Shown: piece after piece, positions 36,901-48,900 of the stretch | Numbering within the stretch: position 1 is the stretch's first letter | Layout: each line of letters opens with the position of its first letter | Assembly: GCA_950097015.1 (NCBI GenBank) | Contig: CATNEN010000031.1 | Span: 3,224,001-3,288,000, forward strand | Direction of reading: 5' to 3' | Origin: Macrostomum hystrix | Lineage: Eukaryota > Animalia > Platyhelminthes | Length of the DNA: 64,000 nt | Translations under genes and position numbers: made by a program | Notes under the pieces: model-generated | Database searches by the model: none | Seen by the model: the letters and a program-made list of their open reading frames with translations, nothing else | What the model was told of the DNA's origin: nothing

Positions 36901-39900
36901 CCGCAATTGCTCATTGATTTCCTGATGTGGCCCCGGCCCGTCAGCTCTGTGCCTCACCCACCACCTCACACTCTCTCTACAAGCATCCAGTATTAAAACC
37001 AGTCTCTCCCCCAGCAACAAACAAACTGCTTTGAGTCCGTGTTGGGAGAGAAAGTGTGTTTATGTGCGAGACATTTAGTGAAAGTGAATCGCTGCTTCTG
37101 TGCTTGATTTTTTGTCGGTCACGACAACCTCCTGCTACTTGCTGGTGTGGCCTAGATAGTTTTTCTTTCATATTTTGGGGAAGGTTTTCAAACTGGTTTC
37201 ATTTGTTTACGCCTGATTGTCTTTCCACTGAAATTTGTATTTTGCACTTTTAGTTGAGCACACTCTGAGTGGGATTTAGGACGATTTTTTGTCATCTAAT
37301 ATCCCATTGAACCTGGCTTATTTCAATCAGGATTACTGATGCATTTAAAACCTGTTAAAGCAGGGTTGGATTAGCAATCCACTCTAATCCTGTTCAGATA
37401 GGGTTGGATTAGCAATCCACTCAAAGCCTGTTCAGATAGGGTTGGATTAGCAATCCACTCTAAGACTGTTCAGATAGGGTTGGATTAGCAATCCACTCTA
37501 ATCCTGTTCAGATAGGGTTGGATTAGCAATCCACTCTAATCCTGTTCAGATAGGGTTGGATTAGCAATCCACTCTAATCCTGTTCAGATAGGGTTGGATT
37601 AGCAATCCACTCAAAGCCTGTTCAGATAGGGTTGGATTAGCAATCCACTCTAATCCTGTTCAGATATGGTTGGATTAGCAATCCACTCTAATCCTGTTCA
37701 GATAGGGTTGGATTAGCAATCCACTCTAATCCTGTTCAGATAGGGTTGGATTAGCAATCCACTCTAAGCCTGTTCAGATAGGGTTGGATTAGCAATCCAC
37801 TCTAAGACTGTTCAGATAGGGTTGGATTAGCAATCCACTCTAATCCTGTTCAGATAGGGTTGGATTAGCAATCCACTCTAATCCTGTTCAGATAGGGTTG
37901 GATTAGCAATCCACTCAAGGCCTGTTCAGATAGGGTTGGATTAGCAATCCACTCTAATCCTGTTCAGATATGGTTGGATTAGCAATCCACTCTAATCCTG
38001 TTCAGATAGGGTTGGATTAGCAATCCACTCTAATCCTGTTCAGATATGGTTGAATTAGCAATCCACTCTAATCCTGTTCAGATATGGTTGGATTAGCAAT
38101 CCACTCTAAGCCTGTTCAGATAGGGTTGGATTAGCAATCCACTCTAATCCTGTTCAGATATGGTTGGATTAGCAATCCACTCTAAGACTGTTCAGATAGG
38201 GTTGGATTAGCAATCCACTCTAAGACTGTTCAGATAGGGTTGGATTAGCAATCCACTCTAATCCTGTTCAGATAGGGTTGGATTAGCAATCCACTCTAAG
38301 ACTGTTCAGATAGGGTTGGATTAGCAATCCACTCTAATCCTGTTCAGATAGGGTTGGATTAGCAATCCACTCAAGGCCTGTTCCGATAGGTTTGGATTAG
38401 CAATCCACTCTAAGACTGTTCAGATAGGGTTGGATTAGCAATCCACTCTAATCCTGTTAATATAGGGTTGGATTAGCAATCCACTCTATATTTTGGGGTA
38501 GGTTTTCAAACTGGTTTCATATGTTTATGCCTGATTATCTTTCCACTGAAATTTGTATTTTGCACTTTTAGTTGAGCACACTCTGAGTGGGATTTAGGAT
38601 GATTTTTTGTCATCTAATATCCCATTGAACCTGGCTTATTTCAATCAGGATTACTGATGCATTTAAAACCTGTTAAAGCAGGGTTGGATTAGCAATCCAC
38701 TCTAAGACTGTTCAGATAGGGTTGGATTAGCAATCCACTCAAGGCCTGTTCAGATAGGGTTGGATTAGCAATCCACTCTAAGACTGTTCAGATAGGGTTG
38801 GATTAGCAATCCACTCTAAGACTGTTCAGATAGGGTTGGATTAGCAATCCACTCTAATCCTGTTCAGATAGGGTTGGATTAGCAATCCACTCAAGGCCTG
38901 TTCCGATAGGTTTGGATTAGCAATCCACTCTAAGACTGTTCAGATAGGGTTGGATTAGCAATCCACTCTAAGACTGTTCAGATAGGGTTGGATTAGCAAT
39001 CCACTCTAAGACTGTTCAGATAGGGTTGGATTAGCAATCCACTCTAAGACTGTTCAGATAGGGTTGGATTAGCAATCCACTCTAATCCTGTTCAGATAGG
39101 GTTGGATTAGCAATCCACTCTAATCCTGTTCAGATATGGTTGGATTAGCAATCCACTCTAATCCTGTTCAGATATGGTTGGATTAGCAATCCACTCTAAG
39201 CCTGTTCAGATAGGGTTGGATTAGCAATCCACTCTAATCCTGTTAATATAGGGTTGGATTAGCAATCCACTCTATATTTTGGGGTAGGTTTTCAAACTGG
39301 TTTCATATGTTTATGCCTGATTATCTTTCCACTGAAATTTGTATTTTGCACTTTTAGTTGAGCACACTCTGAGTGGGATTTAGGATGATTTTTTGTCATC
39401 TAATATCCCATTGAACCTGGCTTATTTCAATCAGGATTACTGATGCATTTAAAACCTGTTAAAGCAGGGTTGGATTAGCAATCCACTCTAAGACTGTTCA
39501 GATAGGGTTGGATTAGCAATCCACTCAAGGCCTGTTCAGATAGGGTTGGATTAGCAATCCACTCTAAGACTGTTCAGATAGGGTTGGATTAGCAATCCAC
39601 TCTAAGACTGTTCAGATAGGGTTGGATTAGCAATCCACTCTAATCCTGTTCAGATAGGGTTGGATTAGCAATCCACTCAAGGCCTGTTCCGATAGGTTTG
39701 GATTAGCAATCCACTCTAAGACTGTTCAGATAGGGTTGGATTAGCAATCCACTCTAAGACTGTTCAGATAGGGTTGGATTAGCAATCCACTCTAAGACTG
39801 TTCAGATAGGGTTGGATTAGCAATCCACTCTAAGACTGTTCAGATAGGGTTGGATTAGCAATCCACTCTAAGACTGTTCAGATAGGGTTGGATTAGCAAT

Positions 39901-42900
39901 CCACTCTAAGACTGTTCAGATAGGGTTGGATTAGCAATCCACTCTAATCCTGTTCAGATAGGGTTGGATTAGCAATCCACTCTAATCCTGTTCAGATAGG
40001 GTTGGATTAGCAATCCACTCTAATCCTGTTCAGATAGGGTTGGATTAGCCCGTTATTAATTTATAGGGGGCAATAAAAAGCGCTCGTGTGTGTTAGTGAG
40101 AGAGCAGCAGTGCTCACACTGGCCTGGCTCTCATCTCAATTAAATGAGATGATTTGAAAATTGCTCCTATGGGTTAGGGGACAGTAGCTGATAGACTAGA
40201 TGGGGACTTGTGATCGAGCAAATCCACTAGGAATGGAAACTCCGCTTTTCTGCATAGTGTTTTTGCTTCTAGGCCTCCAGCTCTGACTTATCGAATAGCT
40301 AACGCACTATTTTGTTAATCCGTATTACTCTTAGTCTAGATTAGGCGTACTTTATGTGTCGCTTAGTCTTTTAGTTCTGTCGAAGTAAGTGTTAAGAGGA
40401 TTCTTAGTAATGCGAAATCTGCCATCTGGATTCGGAGTTGGTGTCAGACAGCTGACAGACCGAAGTCGCACTGCGGAAGTGGGCCCTGATTGAAAACTCG
40501 TGTCTTGCTGTGCACACTGCGGCCACTCACTACTCCCCCAACCAGCAGTCATCAATCAGCTGGCCCGTTACTGGCAGCTCCTGTTTGTCATTGGCGCCCG
40601 CCCCAGGTTCACATTGGTTCGCGTGTTTTCAAATTTTAATCAATAGCAATCAGGCGACCATACTGATAAACAAAGGTGACATGTAACAGATGTTAATTCC
40701 TATTAAATATATTTTGGGTCATTTTCTAATGTCATTCCTGACATCCGAATTGTCATTCCTGACATCCGACTTGCCATTCCTGACATCCGAATTGTCATTC
40801 CTGACATCCGTATTGTCATTCCTCACATTCGAATTGTCATTCCTGCCATTTCTGTTATCCTACTGCCATTTATGATATCCCAGTGCCATTTCTAATATCC
40901 ACTGCCATTTCTGACATCCAATGCCATTCCTGACATCCATTGCTATTTCTGACACCCATTGCTATTTCTGACATCCCACTGCTATTTCTGACACCCATTG
41001 CTATTTCTGACATCCGTTGCTAATTCTGGCACCCACTGCCATTTCTGACACCCATTGCTATTTCTGACATCCGTATTTCCGATATCCCACTGTCATTTCT
41101 GATATCGCACTGCCATTTCTGACATCCATTGCCATTTCTGGCACCCATTGCTATTTCTGACATCCGTATTTCCGATATCCCACTGTCATTTCTGATATCG
41201 CACTGCCATTTCTGACATCCATTGCCATTTCTGGCACCCATTGCTATTTCTGACACCCATTGCTTTTTCTGACACCCATTGCCATTTCTGACACCCATTG
41301 CTATTTCTGACATCCATTGCTATTTTTGACACCCATTGCTATTACCGACATCCCACTGCCATTTCTGACATCCCACAGCCATTTCTGACATCCCACAGCC
41401 ATTTCTGACATCCCACTGCCATTTCTGACATCCCATTGCTATTTCTGACACCCACTGCTATTTCTGACACCCATTGCTATTTCTGACACCCATTGCTATT
41501 ACCGACATCCCACTGCCATTTCTGACATCCCACTGCCATTTCTGACATCCCACTGCCATTTCTGACATCCCACTGCCATTTCTGACATCCCATTGCTATT
41601 TCTGACACCCACTGCTATTTCTGACACCCATTGCTATTTCTGACACCCATTGCTATTACCGACATCCCACTGCCATTTCTGACATCCCACTGCCATTTCT
41701 GACATCCCACTGCTATGGTTTATTTTGGTTCGAAATAAACTTTCAATGTCGAGTCTTAGCATATAAAAGATGGCATTTTAATAATCGCATCAGTCGCATA
41801 AGGGTATCATGCATGCATAATATTAACAACTCGCACAACTATGCCAATGGTGCGTAGGCAATTTGAAATTACAGAAAATCTGTTAGCATATCGCGAATCG
41901 TTGAGTTAATTCGTAGAACATGACCTGTTTTGTATACTGCAATGGAAAATTAATTTTGCATTACGGTAAATCAAGCAGAGACACAATGTGAAAGCAAACG
42001 GAAGCAGTACAAAGGTGCGATTCGGGACCGGGCAAACTGTTGGGGATGCGCTGCGGCCATTGGGGATCGTGCATTTTTTTAGGGAAAGACTCCTGACAAG
42101 AACTAGAACAAATTGGACTAGAACAAATGCACTTTGGCCCATCGGCCCTTGCCAACCAGCCTTTCACTGACAGCTGCTGGTCTCCGCTCTCAGCTTTTAT
42201 GGCAGCGATTGGTGATTGCACAGACTCAGAAATGGACATTATCCAGTTCACGAGTGTATGGTAATGTTAGGCGTGGGCGGATGGTAATGTTAGGTGTGGG
42301 CGGATGGTAATATTAGGTGTGGGTGGATGGTAATGCTAGGTGTGGGTGGATGGTAATGTTAGGTGTGGGTGGATGGTAATATTATGTGTGGGTGGATGGT
42401 AATGTTAGGTGTGGGTGGATGGTAATGTTAGGTGTAGGTGGATGGTAATATTAGGTGTGGGTGGATGGTAATGCTAGGTGTGGGTGGATGGTAATATTAG
42501 GTGTGGGTGGATGGTAATGTTAGGTGTGGGTGGATGGTAATGTTAGGTGTGGGTGGATGGTAATATTAGGTGTGGGTGGATGGTAATGTTAGGTGTGGGT
42601 GGATGGTAATATTAGGTGTGGGTGGATGGTAATGTTAGGTGTTGGCGAATGGTAATATTAGGTGTGGTTGGATGGTAATATTAGGTGTGGGTGGATGGTA
42701 ATGTTGGGTGTGGGTGGATGGTAATATTAGGTGTGGGTGGATGGTAATATTAGGTGTGGGTGGATGGTAATATTAGGTGTGGGTGGATGGTAATGTTAGG
42801 TGTGGGTGGATGGTAATGTTAGGTGTGGGTGGATGGTAATGTTAGGTGTGGGTGGATGGTAATATTAGGTGTGGGTGGATGGTAATGTTAGGTGTGGGTG

Positions 42901-45900
42901 GATGGTAATGTTAGGTGTGGGTGGATGGTAATGTTAGGTGTGGGTGGATGGTAATGTTAGGTGTGGGTGGATGGTAATGTTAGGTGTGGGTGGATGGTAA
43001 TATTAGGTGTGGGTGGATGGTAATATTAGGTGTGGGTGGATGGTAATATTAGGTGTGGGTGGATGGTAATATTAGGTGTGGGTGGATGGTAATATTAGGT
43101 GTGGGTGGATGGTAATGCTAGGTGTGGGTGGATGGTAATGTTAGGTGTGGGTGGATGGTAATATTAGGTGTGGGTGGATGGTAATGTTAGGTGTGGGTGG
43201 ATGGTAATGTTAGGTGTAGGTGGATGGTAATATTAGGTGTGGGTGGATGGTAATGCTAGGTGTGGGTGGATGGTAATATTAGGTGTGGGTGGATGGTAAT
43301 GTTAGGTGTGGGTGGATGGTAATGTTAGGTGTGGGTGGATGGTAATATTAGGTGTGGGTGGATGGTAATGTTAGGTGTGGGTGGATGGTAATATTAGGTG
43401 TGGGTGGATGGTAATGTTAGGTGTGGGTGGATGGTAATATTAGGTGTGGGTGGATGGTAATGTTAGGTGTGGGTGGATGGTAATGTTAGGTGTGGGTGGA
43501 TGGTAATGTTAGGTGTGGGTGGATGGTAATGTTAGGTGTGGGCGGATGGTAATATTAGGTGTGGGTGGATGGTAATATTAGGTGTGGGCGGATGGTAATA
43601 TTAGGTGTGGGCGGATGGTAATATTAGGTGTGGGTGGATGGTAATATTAGGTGTGGGTGGATGGTAATATTAGGTGTGGGTGGATGGTAATATTAGGTGT
43701 GGGTGGATGGTAATATTAGGTGTGGGTGGATGGTAATATTAGGTGTGGGTGGATGGTAATATTAGGTGTGGGTGGATGGTAATGTTAGGTGTGGGTGGAT
43801 GGTAATATTAGGTGTGGGTGGATGGTAATGTTAGGTGTGGGTGGATGGTAATATTAGGTGTGGGTGGATGGTAATGTTAGGTGTGGGTGGATGGTAATAC
43901 ATTGGTGTGGGCGAATGGTAATGTTAGGTGTGGGTGGATGGTAATGTTAGGTGTGGGTGGACGGCTGATGGTAATGTTTTGTCGGGCGGATGTAAAATGC
44001 CGGCCGTTGGTTAATTAAGCTAGGCGGATGCAAATACATTGATGGCAACAAATGGTATTGACCATACTATCAGCTTAGTGCTATTTGGCTAATGACAAGC
44101 TAATGAGCTGTTGTACTGAGAATGCACTTCACCTTAGCAGTCATTCTTGCTGTGCCTTGAAATGCCTTATTTACGTAGGTATTGAATTTGATTGTATCGC
44201 ACTTATTTGCAGATCTATACATTAGTCCCGAAACAACAATGAGAGACTATCAGTGTGGGTCCGGTCTGCAGTGTTGAGAAGTGTAAATTGGAACTCGAGC
44301 TGGGAAGGTTTGTGGGGGGGACGGGTCACCGCAAGCTGCCGCCGGTGCCAGGCCTCAGTGGCAGGGTCTCGGAGTTTGCCATGCGAACCCGGTGGTTGCC
44401 GGATGCGTTGGAAGAGGCGCCTGCGGCAAAATGCGACCGGACAGGCGAGGGCGAGGTCGAATTCGAGGCCAGCTCGATGTCGCGCGGCTCCTGACGCCTG
44501 TAGCTGAGAATCTTCGGTATGCGCAGCGGATTTCTCTGGGTCCTGGGCAGCTTGCTGATGCACAGGTACCAGTAATAGCTGGCGCAGATGATGAAGAACT
44601 CGGCGAATTCGAACAGGGTCACTATGCTGAAGCCGATCCAGAGGCCCAGGACGCCTGCGGGTTCGAGGATTAGGGTCGACAGACTATTGGTCTGCTGATT
44701 TCATAAATCCCAATCCTAAATCGGATCCCCGATCCCGTATCCCAATCACAGATCTCTCAGATCCCCAATCCCAAATCCAAGATCCCCAAACCCAGATCCC
44801 CAATCCCAGATCCCCAATCCCAGATCCCCAATTCCAGATCCCAAATCTCAGATCCCAAATCCCAGATCCCCAATCCCAGATCCCAAATCTCAGATACCCA
44901 ATCCCAGATCCCCAATCCCAGATCCCCAATCCCAGATCCCCAATCCCAGATCCAAGATCCCTAAACCCAGATCCCTAATCCCAGATCCCCAATTCCAGAT
45001 CCCAAATCTCTGATACCCAATCCCAGATCCCCAATCCCAGATCCCCAATCCCAGATCCCCTATTCCAGATCCCCTATTCCAGATCCCCAATCCCAGATAG
45101 CTGACTACAAAACCTTGATTCCTGGTTCTCAGGTTTCAGAGCCGCAATCCTCAATCCACGATCTCAGATCAAAGATTCTAAGATGAATATCGGATCCCAA
45201 ATCCAAATTTTTGTCCGAAAAGTTACTAAGCATGTATATTTAAGTGTTGTCGATTCTTCGAGCAAGAAATTCGCTTTGGCTATTGATATAAATGCGTCAG
45301 GTGTGCCATACACTAGGTACATCAGCCCCTTTCTTAGTGCGATGCAACACATTGTCTGAGCAGAAATCGCCGAATGGCGTGACCAACTGTCTAGCCGGAC
45401 CCTGGTTTCAGCCTTCAGCAGGGCCTGAGGCGCCAGTAGCGAATTGAATCACAAATAATGCCAAGTCCAGCACATGAAGGCACGCAAGCAGCCAAGATGC
45501 TGAAATTATTTCTCTCGCACAGCCTAAAACTCCTCTCGCTCATTGTCAGCGACAATAAAAGATAATTTATCAGTGCTGCAGTAGGGAGATATTGGTGGCT
45601 GTTTTCTGAGATTTTATTTCTTCATAAATAAAACGAATATGCATAAAAATGACTGCTTTTTTAAACTAAACTTTATCTTTCATGCTCTTTCCAGCCTATT
45701 TCTAGACTGTCTGTCTAGTCATCTACTCTCTCAACCCAGATCTCCAATCTCTTTCTAGACTGTCCGCCTAGTCATCTACTCTCTCAACCCAGATCCCCAG
45801 CCTCTTTCTAGACTGTCTGTCTAGTCATCTACTCTCTCAACCCAGATCTCCAATGTCTTTCTAGACTGTCTGTCTAGTCATCTACTCTCTCAACCCAGAT

Positions 45901-48900
45901 CCCCAGCCTCTTTCTAGGCTGTCTGTCTAGTCATCTACTCTCTCAACCCAGATCTCCTATCTCTTTCTAGACTGTCTAGTCATCTACTCTCTCAACCCAG
46001 ATCTCCAGCCTCTTTCTAGGCTGTCTGTCTAGTCATCTACTCTCTCAACCCAGATCCCCAGCCTCTTTCTAGACTGTCTAGTCATCTACTCTCTCAACCC
46101 AGATCTCCTATCTCTTTCTAGACTGTCTAGTCATCTACTCTCTCAACCCAGATCCCCAGCCTCTTTCTAGACTGTCTAGTCATCTACTCTCTCAACCCAG
46201 ATCTCCTATCTCTTTCTAGACTGTCTAGTCATCTACTCTCTCATCCCAGATCTCCAATCTCTTTCTAGACTGTCTGTCTAGTCATCTACTCTCTCAACCC
46301 AGATCTCCTATCTCTTTCTAGACTGTCTAGTCATCTACTCTCTCAACCCAGATCTCCAGCCTCTTTCTAGGCTGTCTGTCTAGTCATCTACTCTCTCAAC
46401 CCAGATCCCCAGCCTCTTTCTAGACTGTCTAGTCATCTACTCTCTCAACCCAGATCTCCTATCTCTTTCTAGGCTGTCTGTCTAGTCATCTACTCTCTCA
46501 ACCCAGATCCCCAGCCTCTTTCTAGGCTGTCTGTCTAGTCATCTACTCTCCCAACCCAGATCTCCTATCTCTTTCTAGACTGTCTAGTCATCTACTCTCT
46601 CAACCCAGATCTCCAATCTCTTTCTAGACTGTCTGTCTAGACATCTACTCTCTCAACCCAGATCCCCAGCCTCTTTCTAGGCTGTCTGTCTAGTCATCTA
46701 CTCTCTCAACCCAGATCCCCAGCCTCTTTCTAGACTGTCTGTCTAGTCATCTACTCTCTCAACCCAGATCCCCAGCCTCTTTCTAGGCTGTCTGTCTAGT
46801 CATCTACTCTCCCAACCCAGATCTCCTATCTCTTTCTAGACTGTCTAGTCATCTACTCTCTCAACCCAGATCTCCAGCCTCTTTCTAGGCTGTCTGTCTA
46901 GTCATCTACTCTCTCAACCCAGATCCCCAGCCTCTTTCTAGGCTGTCTGTCTAGTCATCTACTCTCTCAACCCAGATCCCCAGCCTCTTTCTAGACTGTC
47001 TGTCTAGTCATCTACTCTCCCAACCCAGATCTCCAATCTCTTTCTAGACTGTCTAGTCATCTACTCTCTCAACCCAGATCTCCTATCTCTTTCTAGACTG
47101 TCTACTCATCTACTCTCTCAACCCAGATCCCCAGCCTCTTTCTAGGCTGTCTGTCTAGTCATCTACTCTCTCAACCCAGATCCCCAGCCTCTTTCTAGGC
47201 TGTCTGTCTAGTCATCTACTCTCCCAACCCAGATCTCCAATCTCTTTCTAGACTGTCTAGTCATCTACTCTCTCAACCCAGATCCCCAGCCTCTTTCTAG
47301 GCTGTCTAGTCATCTACTCTCAACCCAGATCCCCTAGATTTCACTTATTCCTAGTGTTTTGTCTGATTGTCCATCGAATCTGGCAAGTTTGTATCCTTGA
47401 ACAGTGTACAATGCCGCTCTTCGCCTCTCGCTCTCTGTCAGTCCCTGCTGCCACCCTTTACACCGCAGTCTTTCATTTCCGGTTCTCCAAATGCGAATAT
47501 TATTACAGTTGGTTGGCCGAAATCCCAAATTTGCTCTCCGCACTGGCAATCAATCTTAATTTGCTTAAAACATGGGAAATAAAACTGAAAGCAAGTCGGT
47601 CCGCCAGCAGCAGATGGGGTGTTGGCAATAAAAACAAACGCAATAGCTTTGCCCCTGCATAATAGCTGTGTGGTTGTTTCTCTGACTTATTTGTCTAATA
47701 ACAACTAGCTAAGATCTCACATGAGTGCTGACTCAACACGGAGTCCAGTTACTCTAGCTGGACTGCTTTCTGTGCATCGGAGAATAAAGAAATGACAACT
47801 AAACCAGTTAGGCATGGTGTACTGCTTTTCAGTCCATGGACTGGTGGTGACCATTTTTTAAGTTGGTTAATTGACTGCGATTCGAACTACCGACCTCTCG
47901 TTCAGAAGTCCAAAGCTCTCGCCAATGGGCTACAAGTCTCTCTTTCTCTCTTTGTTCTCACGCTACCTTAATGAGCGATCCTTAAAGTGCGATCCAATGG
48001 ACAGGATTCTGGACATTTGCTTTCCTGAAAGTGCCACAACCAGGTACTAAGCTGTCCAATGCAGGATTTGCGCCCCAATAGGCCACTGTATCCACTGACA
48101 ACACTTCCGATTGATTTCTTGTCCACCTACGTGTGGACCTCAGGCCCCAGTCCACCCGCCCAACTTTGGACTCGAGCCTTGTCACGCACACGCACACAGC
48201 CTGTTCTGCTGCCACCCGCTGTGCCTGTCTGGCAGCCTTATTTAATTGGCTCCACTGGCCAAAAAATCCTTAATGAGATCTGCCTGGCCATATTGGCTAT
48301 GCGAATTGCTGCTGCGAATGGCATCTGGTTTTCAATTCCTCCGTCACTCTCTGCTGTTTTTTTTAAGTTTAGTCTCCTAAAAAATCGATTCAATACTAGA
48401 CTTCCATCAATCCGGCGCCACCTTGCCCAGCGCGTCTGGTTGCTCTCACTTTGAGTAGAATAATCTATTTGTTTTCCTTTCGGAAATCAATCACCGTGCC
48501 AATATCATTAACATTGGCTGCGAACTGTTATTAACATTCTTTCAACTCTTCTTGATCATTTTCTAGGATATTCACATTCGTTTCTACTAGTGAAATATAT
48601 GGATTGCTAGTCTAGCTCATTAATTAGGGGATGGAATGGATTGCTAGTCTAGCTCATTAATTAGGGGATGGAATGGATTGCTAGTCTAGCTCATTAATTA
48701 GGGGATGGAATGGATTGCTAGTCTAGCTCATTAATTAGGGGATGGAATGGATTGCTAGTCTAGCTCATTAATTAGGGGATGGAATGGATTGCTAGTCTAG
48801 CTCATTAATTAGGGGATGGAATGGATTGCTAGTCTAGCTCATTAATTAGGGGATGGAATGGATTGCTAGTCTAGCTCATTAATTAGGGGATGGAATGGAT

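Noticed and set aside
42260-43965. Interstitial telomere (contains TTAGG)
   Set aside because: The unit is 23 bp, not a TTAGG or TTAGGG tandem.
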